This document shows, piece by piece, positions 19,730 through 27,426 of a stretch of DNA of 64,000 nt. Within the stretch, counting starts at the first letter, position 1. The number at the start of each line of letters is the position of its first letter. The stretch covers positions 672,001-736,000 of the forward strand of contig CAXXUO010000001.1 in the NCBI GenBank assembly GCA_963666485.2, written 5' to 3'. The position numbers and the translations under genes are program-made. Under the pieces are notes generated by a model. That model saw nothing but the letters and a program-made list of their open reading frames with translations. It did not search any database and was not told where the DNA came from. This DNA comes from Syntrophorhabdaceae bacterium. Lineage in GTDB: Bacteria > Desulfobacterota > Syntrophorhabdia > Syntrophorhabdales > Syntrophorhabdaceae.

Positions 19730-19910
19730 ATTGGATTTTACGTTTCCAATATCGTAGAATTATCGCAAGGCCGATCGTCGAACATAAAATGGCGTTTTTT
19801 CCGGTCAGGTGCGAAAACGAGAGTATTTTTCCCCGTCTGAAAAGAGCGATCAAGTGAGAAAAATAACCGAATTCAGCATAGTTCGTAAATCATCACAGGA
19901 GGAATGACGT

Positions 19911-20603
19911 ATGATCTATTCTCATGAGGTTCAAAACATGTGCCCGGTAACGAAGGGAGCGGACCACGGCCCCGCGGCGATCCCGCAGGAAGGCAAGTGG
20001 ACGCAGGTAAAAGAGATAAAAGAGATCAACGCCTTTACCCACGGCGTCGGCTGGTGCGCGCCGCAGCAGGGTGCGTGCAAGCTGAGCCTCAATGTGAAGG
20101 ACGGCATCATCGAGGAGGCGCTGGTCGAGGCCATCGGGTGCTCGGGAATGACCCATTCGGCCGCGATGTCCGCAGAGATACTGCCCGGGAAAACGATACT
20201 CGAGGCGCTCAACACGGACCTCGTGTGCGACGCCATAAACACGGCGATGCGGGAGCTGTTCCTCCAGATCGTCTACGGCAGGAGCCAGTCCGCATTTTCG
20301 GAGGGCGGCCTTGCGATCGGTGCCGGGCTTGAAGATCTCGGCAAAGGGCTGCGCAGCCAGGTCGCAACGATGTACGGGACGCGCGCAAAGGGGCCCCGGT
20401 ATCTCGAAATGGCGGAAGGGTACATAACGAAAGTGGCCCTCGATGGCAACAGTGAGATCATCGGCTACGAATTTGTCAGCCTCGGCCGGATGATGGAAAT
20501 GATCGCGCAGGGCATGGATGCGAACGAAGCGCTCAAGAAGGCGTCCGGGAAATACGGGCGCGTCGAAGACGCGGTCAAGCTCATCGACCCGAGACACGAA
20601 TAA
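19911..20603 (+). CDS. IscU/NifU-like Fe-S scaffold-domain protein (GGGtGRT partner)
   Basis: HGVGWCAPQQGACKL, IGCSGMTHSA, LNTDLVCDAIN; AGGAGG RBS. Confidence 0.85.
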   Translation: MIYSHEVQNMCPVTKGADHGPAAIPQEGKWTQVKEIKEINAFTHGVGWCAPQQGACKLSLNVKDGIIEEALVEAIGCSGMTHSAAMSAEILPGKTILEALNTDLVCDAINTAMRELFLQIVYGRSQSAFSEGGLAIGAGLEDLGKGLRSQVATMYGTRAKGPRYLEMAEGYITKVALDGNSEIIGYEFVSLGRMMEMIAQGMDANEALKKASGKYGRVEDAVKLIDPRHE

Positions 20604-20614
20604 GGAGGCGCGAT

Positions 20615-21613
20615 ATGGCACTATTTGAAAACTACGACAGAAGGATCGGCCAGATAAACGAAACATTGAAGAAATATGGCATCGCCTCGGTAGAGGAAGC
20701 AAAACAGATATGCGATGCAAAGGGGATAGACCCGTACAAGATAGCCAAGGAGACACAGCCGATCTGCTTCGAGAATGCCGGGTGGGCCTACGTGGTCGGC
20801 GCCGCCATCGCGATCAAGAAAGGGTGTACGAAGGCGGCCGACGCGGCCGAGGCCATCGGCGAAGGGCTGCAGTCGTTCTGCCTGCCCGGTTCCGTCGCGG
20901 ACGACAGGAAGGTCGGCCTGGGGCACGGCAACCTCGCCGCGATGCTCTTGAGGGAAAACACCAAATGCTTCGCGTTCCTTGCGGGCCATGAGTCTTTCGC
21001 GGCCGCAGAAGGCGCTATCGGCATTGCAAAGTCGGCGAACAAGGTCCGCAAGGAGCCTCTCAAGGTCATCCTGAACGGGCTCGGAAAGGACGCCGCGCAG
21101 ATCATCTCGCGGATCAACGGGTTCACGTACGTGAAGACCCGCTTCGATTACCTCTCCGGAAAGCTCGAGATCGTTGAGGAGAAAGAGTACTCACAAGGCG
21201 ACCGCGGAGCCGTCAGGTGCTACGGCGCCGACGACGTCCGTGAAGGCGTCGCGATCATGCAGTACGAGAAGGTCGATGTCTCGATCACCGGCAACTCCAC
21301 GAACCCGACACGGTTCCAGCATCCCGTCGCCGGCACGTATAAAAAAGAATGCGTCGAAGCCGGCAGGAAATACTTTTCCGTCGCTTCCGGTGGAGGCACG
21401 GGCAGGACGCTGCACCCCGACAACATGGCAGCCGGGCCTGCATCCTACGGCATGACGGACACGATGGGACGGATGCATTCTGACGCCCAGTTCGCCGGAT
21501 CATCATCGGTCCCCGCACACGTCGAGATGATGGGCTTCCTCGGCATGGGGAACAACCCCATGGTCGGTGCCACCGTCGCGGTGGCAGTCGCCCTCGAGCA
21601 GGCTTCGAAATAG
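20615..21613 (+). CDS. GGGtGRT protein
   Basis: Signature SVASGGGTGRTLHPDN, QPICFENA, GRMHSDAQFAGSSSVPAHVEMMG. Confidence 0.93.
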   Translation: MALFENYDRRIGQINETLKKYGIASVEEAKQICDAKGIDPYKIAKETQPICFENAGWAYVVGAAIAIKKGCTKAADAAEAIGEGLQSFCLPGSVADDRKVGLGHGNLAAMLLRENTKCFAFLAGHESFAAAEGAIGIAKSANKVRKEPLKVILNGLGKDAAQIISRINGFTYVKTRFDYLSGKLEIVEEKEYSQGDRGAVRCYGADDVREGVAIMQYEKVDVSITGNSTNPTRFQHPVAGTYKKECVEAGRKYFSVASGGGTGRTLHPDNMAAGPASYGMTDTMGRMHSDAQFAGSSSVPAHVEMMGFLGMGNNPMVGATVAVAVALEQASK

Positions 21614-21636
21614 CCATACCTGATCGTACGTCTTAT

Positions 21637-21687
21637 AAGCCGGGAAAGCGTGACCCGAAAAGGCACAGCTTCCCCGGCTTTCTTTTT
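21637..21687 (+). terminator. Terminator-like hairpin
   Basis: AAGCCGGG...CCCGGCTT followed by TCTTTTT. Confidence 0.65.
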
Positions 21688-21704
21688 CAGGGGTGTCGGG
21701 TCGA

Positions 21705-22322
21705 TCAGAACCGGCAATACCGGGAAAATTCTTTGAGGAACCGATCACGGCCGGCATACCGTATTGCCTGAAGGCCGGCCGCACGCGCCCGTGCACAGTG
21801 GGCCTCGTCGTCGTCGATAAAAAGCGCCCGTTCCGGCCTGTCATTCATCCGGGTCACGATATCGGTAAATTGGGATACCTCGGCCTTGCTCTTTCCAAGA
21901 TGATAACTGTTGTAAACCGCATCGAACGATGCGAAGAAACCGAGCCGGGCATCGAGCTCGTCGAGCCAGTTGGTCTGGTCGCTCAGGATGGCGACCTTGC
22001 AACCGGCATCCTTCAGTTTGGATACGATGTCGAACATGAAGGAACGCAGGATAAACCGTGAGAGGATCTCGTTCTTAAGGTCGTTGTCGTTCCCCCTGGC
22101 GCCCAGCTTCTCGCGTATCGTCTGCCAGTACGCGGCCTCGTCTGACCTTCCCACAAGATACCCGGTGCTGTAGATGAGTTCCCGGGCACGTTGAAAAAAT
22201 TCTTCTTCGTTAAGCCCGTTCTTGCGCGCGATCGCGTGGAGCCCTTTTGCAAATCCCTCCTCCGCAAGAACGCCGCCGAAATCAAACAATACCGTGTCAA
22301 TGCCGCATGCTTCAGGTCTCAT
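21705..22322 (-). CDS. HAD-family phosphatase
   Basis: VLFDFGGVL motif I, ILSDQ, GKSK, LFIDD. Confidence 0.88.
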   Translation of the reverse strand: MRPEACGIDTVLFDFGGVLAEEGFAKGLHAIARKNGLNEEEFFQRARELIYSTGYLVGRSDEAAYWQTIREKLGARGNDNDLKNEILSRFILRSFMFDIVSKLKDAGCKVAILSDQTNWLDELDARLGFFASFDAVYNSYHLGKSKAEVSQFTDIVTRMNDRPERALFIDDDEAHCARARAAGLQAIRYAGRDRFLKEFSRYCRF

Positions 22323-22431
22323 CCGCTTTCCCTCACAGTAACATAACACTGCCTTAAAGGTCGGCGATAGTTTGTCTTTCTTCGTGCCTATTTTCAATTG
22401 AAAAATGAGGTCCGTTTGATTATAGTGGTGC

Positions 22432-23790
22432 ATGTCCCGCGGAAAACTCCTTGTCGTCGATGACGACCGAAATCTCCTGGAATTACTTGGCATGACACTC
22501 ACGGCATCGGATTACGAGGTCGCCACGGTAAAAGATGGCGCAGCAGCCCTTGATGCTATCAGGAACGCGGTCTTCGACCTTGCGGTCGTCGATCTTAAGC
22601 TTCCCGACACGGACGGCATAACCCTTATGGGCGAGATCCACCAGATCAACCCCGAGGTGCCCGTCATCATCCTTACCGCGCACTCGAGCGTCAAGAGCGC
22701 CGTCGACGCGATCCGTATGGGTGCTTTCAATTACCTGGAGAAACCTTTCGATCCGGATATCCTCATTATGCACATCGAGCGTGCGCTGGACAACAGCAGG
22801 CTCCACCATGAGGTCAAAAGACTGGAGGGGATACTGGAGGAACGATACACTTTTTCCAATATCATCGCCAACAGCCCGCGGATGAAGTCCGTTCTCAGTC
22901 TCGTTGCACGTGTGGCCGCAACGGATTCGACGGTCTACGTCCACGGCGAGAGCGGAACGGGAAAAGAGGTTGTCGCAAAAGCGCTTCATTTTGCAAGCTC
23001 CCGGAAAGACCGGGTATTCACCGCGATCAACTGTGCGGCGATACCCGAGGCCCTCCTGGAAAGCGAGCTTTTTGGCTATGAAAAAGGGGCGTTTACCGGT
23101 GCGATCCGGAGTTCGCGGGGCCTTTTTGCCCAGACGGACGGCGGCACCCTCTTGCTCGACGAGATCGGCGATATGCCGCTTTCCCTGCAGGCAAAGCTCC
23201 TGAGGGTCCTGCAGGACCAGCAATTTTACCCCCTGGGGAGCGAAAAACCCTGCGAGGTCGACGTCCGTCTCATCGTCGCCACGAACAAGGACCTCGAAGA
23301 GGAAGTGAAGAACGGGTCTTTTCGCGAGGACCTCTATTACAGGATACACGTCATCCCGGTCTACGTCCCGCCATTGCGCGAGAGAAAGGAAGACATCATC
23401 CCGCTCGCCGAGCATTTCCTTAAGAAGGCATCCGAAAAAATGAACAAGGACATAAAAGGGTTCATGCCTATGGCCCTCCAGAAACTGATGCTGTACGATT
23501 GGCCCGGCAATGTGCGGGAGTTGGAAAATGCGGTCGAGTATGCCGTCGTCACGAGCCGCATGGACCTCATCACTGAAGAATGTATCCTCCCCCGGAAAGA
23601 AAAGGCTTCCCTTTCCCCCAAGTCATACAGGGAAGCAAAAGAAGACTTTGAGCGCGAATATGTCAGCTGGGTACTCGAGATGGCAAAGGGCAATGTGAGC
23701 AAGGCGGCCTCTCTTGCAGGGAAGTACCGGGCGGATTTCTACACTCTTCTCAAGAAATATGATCTTAAACCGGAAACATTCAAGAAATAG
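22432..23790 (+). CDS. sigma-54-dependent response regulator (NtrC family, GlrR-like C-terminus)
   Basis: Receiver domain, GESGTGKE, ESELFGYEKGAFTGA, LLDEIGDM, WPGNVRELEN, Fis-type HTH. Confidence 0.95.
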   Translation: MSRGKLLVVDDDRNLLELLGMTLTASDYEVATVKDGAAALDAIRNAVFDLAVVDLKLPDTDGITLMGEIHQINPEVPVIILTAHSSVKSAVDAIRMGAFNYLEKPFDPDILIMHIERALDNSRLHHEVKRLEGILEERYTFSNIIANSPRMKSVLSLVARVAATDSTVYVHGESGTGKEVVAKALHFASSRKDRVFTAINCAAIPEALLESELFGYEKGAFTGAIRSSRGLFAQTDGGTLLLDEIGDMPLSLQAKLLRVLQDQQFYPLGSEKPCEVDVRLIVATNKDLEEEVKNGSFREDLYYRIHVIPVYVPPLRERKEDIIPLAEHFLKKASEKMNKDIKGFMPMALQKLMLYDWPGNVRELENAVEYAVVTSRMDLITEECILPRKEKASLSPKSYREAKEDFEREYVSWVLEMAKGNVSKAASLAGKYRADFYTLLKKYDLKPETFKK

Positions 23791-23891
23791 TGTATAGTTT
23801 TCGATACACTTATTGTTCTTCCATATTTTCAATATCTTAGGAAAATCACCCCACGTCAGATGAGTATAACAACTGTATGAAAAGTCATACA
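23791..23891. promoter_or_regulatory. Two candidate enhancer sites TGTA-N10-TACA
   Basis: TGTATAGTTTTCGATACA (23791-23808) and TGTATGAAAAGTCATACA (23874-23891), upstream of a -24/-12 element. Confidence 0.6.
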
Positions 23892-23944
23892 CACGCCCGT
23901 GTGCTCTTTCCTTAATGTCCAATGATATCAACAAGATAAATATC

Positions 23945-23960
23945 TGGCATGCATATTGTA
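23945..23960 (+). promoter_or_regulatory. Candidate sigma-54 promoter (GG-N10-GT variant)
   Basis: TGGCATG-CATA-TTGTA, ~35 bp upstream of the lipoprotein start. Confidence 0.55.
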
Positions 23961-23994
23961 TATAAGAAAGCGTAATGCCGGAAGGAGGCATGTC

Positions 23995-24225
23995 ATGAAA
24001 ACACTCAGGATGATTACAGCGCTGATAGTACTGGCAACCATGATTACCGGATGTTCGAGCATGTCGACAACGCAGCAAAGGGCCTTAAGCGGAGGAGCCA
24101 TCGGTGCCGGGGGCGGAGCAGCCCTGACGGTCCTGACGGGGGGGAGCATTTTGATGGGAACGGCCATAGGGGCCGGTGTCGGTGCTGTCGGGGGATTGAT
24201 CTACGATGATATCAAGAAAAAATAA
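23995..24225 (+). CDS. Glycine-zipper lipoprotein (OsmB/YMGG-like)
   Basis: AAGGAGG RBS; lipobox ITG-C; GGAIGAGGG..GTAIGAGVGAVGG. Confidence 0.88.
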   Translation: MKTLRMITALIVLATMITGCSSMSTTQQRALSGGAIGAGGGAALTVLTGGSILMGTAIGAGVGAVGGLIYDDIKKK

Positions 24226-24718
24226 CCCGTTCCGCTTGAGTGCGGTCATCTGTGCCCTCTTTTTATCCCTGTGCGCTGGCGTGTTGTGGACGGGACCGGC
24301 GACCGCCGAGGTAAACGTCTCTATCGGGGTTTTCGCACCCCCGCCCCCGGTGGTCGTAGCCGGTCCGCCCCCCATGACTGTTATGCCGGGCCCCTACTAC
24401 GTGTATTACGCACCCGAAGTTCCGGCCGGACTTTTCTTCTACCAGGGCGCCTGGTGGCGCCCCCATGAAGGTCACTGGTTCAGGGCATATTCATATAAAG
24501 GACCCTGGAGGTACATCGATAATGATCACACGCCTACCCCAATCCTGCGGCTTCCAGCCGATTATCGCCAGGTACCTCCAGGGCATTACAAAGTGACGCA
24601 CGGCCAGATGAAGAAACACTGGAAAGAGTGGGAAAAATCCCGGCGCTGGGACCGGGACCAGGGACCGCGCGGACGCCACGCGGTCGCCGGTCCGTACAGG
24701 GCAGAGGGGCACAGATAA
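24206..24718 (+). CDS. Secreted Pro/aromatic-rich protein
   Basis: Signal peptide ending ATA, VNVSIG, PPPVVV..PP, FFYQGAWW..GHW..GPW. Confidence 0.75.
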   Translation: MISRKNNPFRLSAVICALFLSLCAGVLWTGPATAEVNVSIGVFAPPPPVVVAGPPPMTVMPGPYYVYYAPEVPAGLFFYQGAWWRPHEGHWFRAYSYKGPWRYIDNDHTPTPILRLPADYRQVPPGHYKVTHGQMKKHWKEWEKSRRWDRDQGPRGRHAVAGPYRAEGHR

Positions 24719-25115
24719 CAAAACGGTTCCACGTTCCAGGTTCCACGTTCCACGCTAAAGGATTTCGCTTGGACTATAAAATGGTCCAATCATTAACCGT
24801 TTGTGATCGGGGCGTTGCGTTTCGGTCCGTCTCTTCCGTGGAAACAGATAAAAAACGGTTCCAGGTTCCAGGTTCCACGCTAAAGGACTTCGCTTGGACT
24901 GTAAATGGTCCGATCATTAGGCGTTTGTGATCGGGCCGTTGCGTTTCGGTCCGTCTCTTCCGTGGAAACAGATAAAAAACGGTTCCACGTTCCAGGTTCC
25001 ACGTTCCACGCTAAAGGATTTCGCTTGGACTATAAAATGGTCCAATCATTAACCGTTTGTGATCGGGGCGTTGCGTTTCGGTCCGTCTCTTCCGTGGAAC
25101 GTGGAACGTGGAACG
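24711..25115. repeat. Three tandem ~125-130 bp copies of a TTCCACG-heptamer-flanked element
   Basis: Units start at ~24711, 24844 and 24968; each has a heptamer array, a ~85-bp core and CGTGGAA; the last ends in (CGTGGAA)x3. Confidence 0.95.
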
Positions 25116-25237
25116 GGTCTTTTTACACCGGCCGGGTGTCAAGACTGACAACAGCTGGCTGTCAAGAATGAGGTCGATTCGGAGCGAACGACCGGTCTTG
25201 CTGCCCTGTAATGTATTGAAATTGTTACATCCGCAAC

Positions 25238-25254
25238 CCGGCATGAATTTTGCT
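25238..25254 (+). promoter_or_regulatory. Candidate sigma-54 promoter
   Basis: CCGGCATGAATTTTGCT with exact GG-N10-GC spacing. Confidence 0.65.
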
Positions 25255-25285
25255 ATTCAATGTATGACACACATTGGGAGGGAAG

Positions 25286-25537
25286 ATGGGCCGGAAAATT
25301 ACTTCAGAATTGTCCCCGGCGGTGACTGAAAAAAAACAACGCCGCGCACTGCGCCGCGACCACCTCGAGAAATATGAGGGGTTCGTGTTTCCGCACGGAT
25401 CGCATGCGGTCCTCGCGGAAGGAAAAGATTGCGAATTCAGGGATTTCTGCAACCGGCTTTACTACATAGACGGGGAATGCAGGTGCACGACCTCCTGGAG
25501 AAGGTCGGCGGGCCTTGCACTGCCAGTGTCGGCCTGA
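25286..25537 (+). CDS. Small hypothetical protein with four Cys
   Basis: GGGAGG RBS; C-x5-C and CxC; downstream of a sigma-54-like promoter. Confidence 0.6.
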   Translation: MGRKITSELSPAVTEKKQRRALRRDHLEKYEGFVFPHGSHAVLAEGKDCEFRDFCNRLYYIDGECRCTTSWRRSAGLALPVSA

Positions 25538-25608
25538 TTTCTGTTATACAAAGTTTACAAATATAGATTTTTGTGCTTTAATAGACGTTTATTACGCAGG
25601 GAGGGACG

Positions 25609-25878
25609 ATGAAGACAAACACCATTTCACAGGGCGGCGACCTCTTGAGGCAGGCGAAGCTTGCGCGCGAGGGAAAGGCGGCGGGCAAAAAAGAACAGGC
25701 GAGGCCGGTGGAAGAAAAGGTCGATCTCTCGACGCGGGCCTCATCCTCTGTATTGCCTCATGTGCCCCCGACGTATGATGAAGTACTGGAACTTCTCTAT
25801 GGAACGGACTTCAGCGCGCTCAAGGACACGAACTGGATCTCCCCGGAGGCCATGTCAAGCCTGCAGGCCCTTCTTTAG
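25609..25878 (+). CDS. Hypothetical protein (89 aa)
   Basis: GGGAGG RBS; EEKVDLS motif loosely reminiscent of FlgM-type N-termini. Confidence 0.65.
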   Translation: MKTNTISQGGDLLRQAKLAREGKAAGKKEQARPVEEKVDLSTRASSSVLPHVPPTYDEVLELLYGTDFSALKDTNWISPEAMSSLQALL

Positions 25879-25906
25879 GTATCGGCTGAAGAAATAACGT
25901 GAAGCG

Positions 25907-26530
25907 TTATTTAGCGGGTGCCTTCTGCTGTTTGGCAGCCGGCTTGCGCGATGCTTTCGCATCATCCTTTCCCACCCAGGACACGTAATACTCTTCGATG
26001 GTGATGACCCCGTCACCGTTTACATCCATCGTTTTCGCCATTTCCTTCATTCTGTCGATATATTCTTCCCGGGAAAGCCTCCCGTTCTTGTCGCCGTCGA
26101 GATCAACGAAACGGCCCGACCAGAACAGGACACATTCATCCTTGCCCAATTTTCCGTCTTTATTTGCATCCATGAGTTTGGAACGCGATTTCTTCTTCCC
26201 CATTTTTACCGGTTTTTTTACATTGCCTGCATCCTTGTCCGTCCCGCACCAGTAGATCGCCCATTCTTCGACCGTAACCGAACCGTCCTTGTTGATGTCC
26301 GCATCGTCGAAATTTTTATGCCGCGCCGACACATATTCATCATGGGTCAATTTTCCGTCTTTATCCGCGTCCTCGCTCTTATACCTCTCGTCGAGCGCTT
26401 TTCGCATTTCCGTCCCCGTAATGACCCCGTTCTTATCCGCATCCGCTTTGTCGTGAAACGATTGAGCAAACGCAATCCCCATCGGGATGACCAGCAGCAG
26501 CGCCGCAACCACTAAAACCGATCTTCTCAT
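25907..26530 (-). CDS. Secreted multi-EF-hand calcium-binding protein
   Basis: Signal peptide; six DxDxDG-type loops (DADKNG, DADKDG, DINKDG, DANKDG, DGDKNG, DVNGDG). Confidence 0.9.
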   Translation of the reverse strand: MRRSVLVVAALLLVIPMGIAFAQSFHDKADADKNGVITGTEMRKALDERYKSEDADKDGKLTHDEYVSARHKNFDDADINKDGSVTVEEWAIYWCGTDKDAGNVKKPVKMGKKKSRSKLMDANKDGKLGKDECVLFWSGRFVDLDGDKNGRLSREEYIDRMKEMAKTMDVNGDGVITIEEYYVSWVGKDDAKASRKPAAKQQKAPAK

Positions 26531-26615
26531 GATCTCTCCTTTTTAAACACCCTCCGAACCCTTTTTATATCTCCTTACTCCTCACTTTCTTATCTTTTAG
26601 CACAGTACCGGAACG

Positions 26616-26662
26616 AAAAAAAGGCAGGCGAAGCGGTCTTAAGCGCCCTACCTGCCTTTTTT
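26616..26662. terminator. Terminator-like hairpin
   Basis: AAAAAAGGCAGG ... CCTGCCTTTTTT. Confidence 0.7.
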
Positions 26663-26677
26663 GTCAATTTTCCCTTA

Positions 26678-27187
26678 TTACTGTTTCTGCCAGCCGGTTG
26701 CCGTCGTGTACTTGTAGAACGGCCCGCCCAACTGTTTCACCCGCGCATAGTCCGGGGTGAGAATAAAATTCTCTTTCAAGGCCCCCGTGGAGTCGTCGGG
26801 TGTAACTTTTTCGAGAACGAACCATTTATGCTTGCTGAAATCGTAGACGGCCACTTCGTGAAGGCCGGCTGCGAGGGCGAGCTTGTTGTTGACCTGGTTC
26901 ACATACCCTTCAACTTTGCTGCGTGTGATGGTGACCATCCTCAGCCTTTCAGCCCGGTTCCCGTTCGGTTCATAAACGAGGGCCCCGCGGAAGCCATAGA
27001 GCAGGACCATTGTCTGACTGGACACACCTTTGAATGCGGGACTGCCCATATCTTCGTTGTTCCGGGGGTTCCAACCGTCCCATTGCGGCCCCCTCGCAGA
27101 TGGCGCCTTCACATCGCCGGCCAGGGCAACCGAGATGATGCACATAACAACTACTCCGAGTGTTGCGAAAAATACCATTCTTTTCAT
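26678..27187 (-). CDS. Secreted hypothetical protein
   Basis: AGGAGG RBS, MKRMVFF..ALA signal peptide. Confidence 0.75.
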   Translation of the reverse strand: MKRMVFFATLGVVVMCIISVALAGDVKAPSARGPQWDGWNPRNNEDMGSPAFKGVSSQTMVLLYGFRGALVYEPNGNRAERLRMVTITRSKVEGYVNQVNNKLALAAGLHEVAVYDFSKHKWFVLEKVTPDDSTGALKENFILTPDYARVKQLGGPFYKYTTATGWQKQ

Positions 27188-27426
27188 GGGTACCTCCTTT
27201 TGGCCTTGCCTGTAGTTTGTCGCGAGGCAATCATTTCGCGATATTCTACAACGGTGCCGCGGTTCATGATGTGACATATATCACATTACAGAAAAGGCAT
27301 CAAAATAAATCTGCATGCCCCGCCTGTTGTTGCGAGCGGAGCTTTTTTGCTGCAATTTTCTTGAAATCCTTCGATGAGCAAGGTAATGAATAAGTGCTTG
27401 CGCAAACAACGTTCTGAAAGGCACGC

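Noticed and set aside
24711..25115. Periodic array as CRISPR or integron cassette array
   Set aside because: Cores are repeated rather than unique, the ends do not fit RYYYAAC/GTTRRRY attC boxes, and no integrase or cas gene is in the window.
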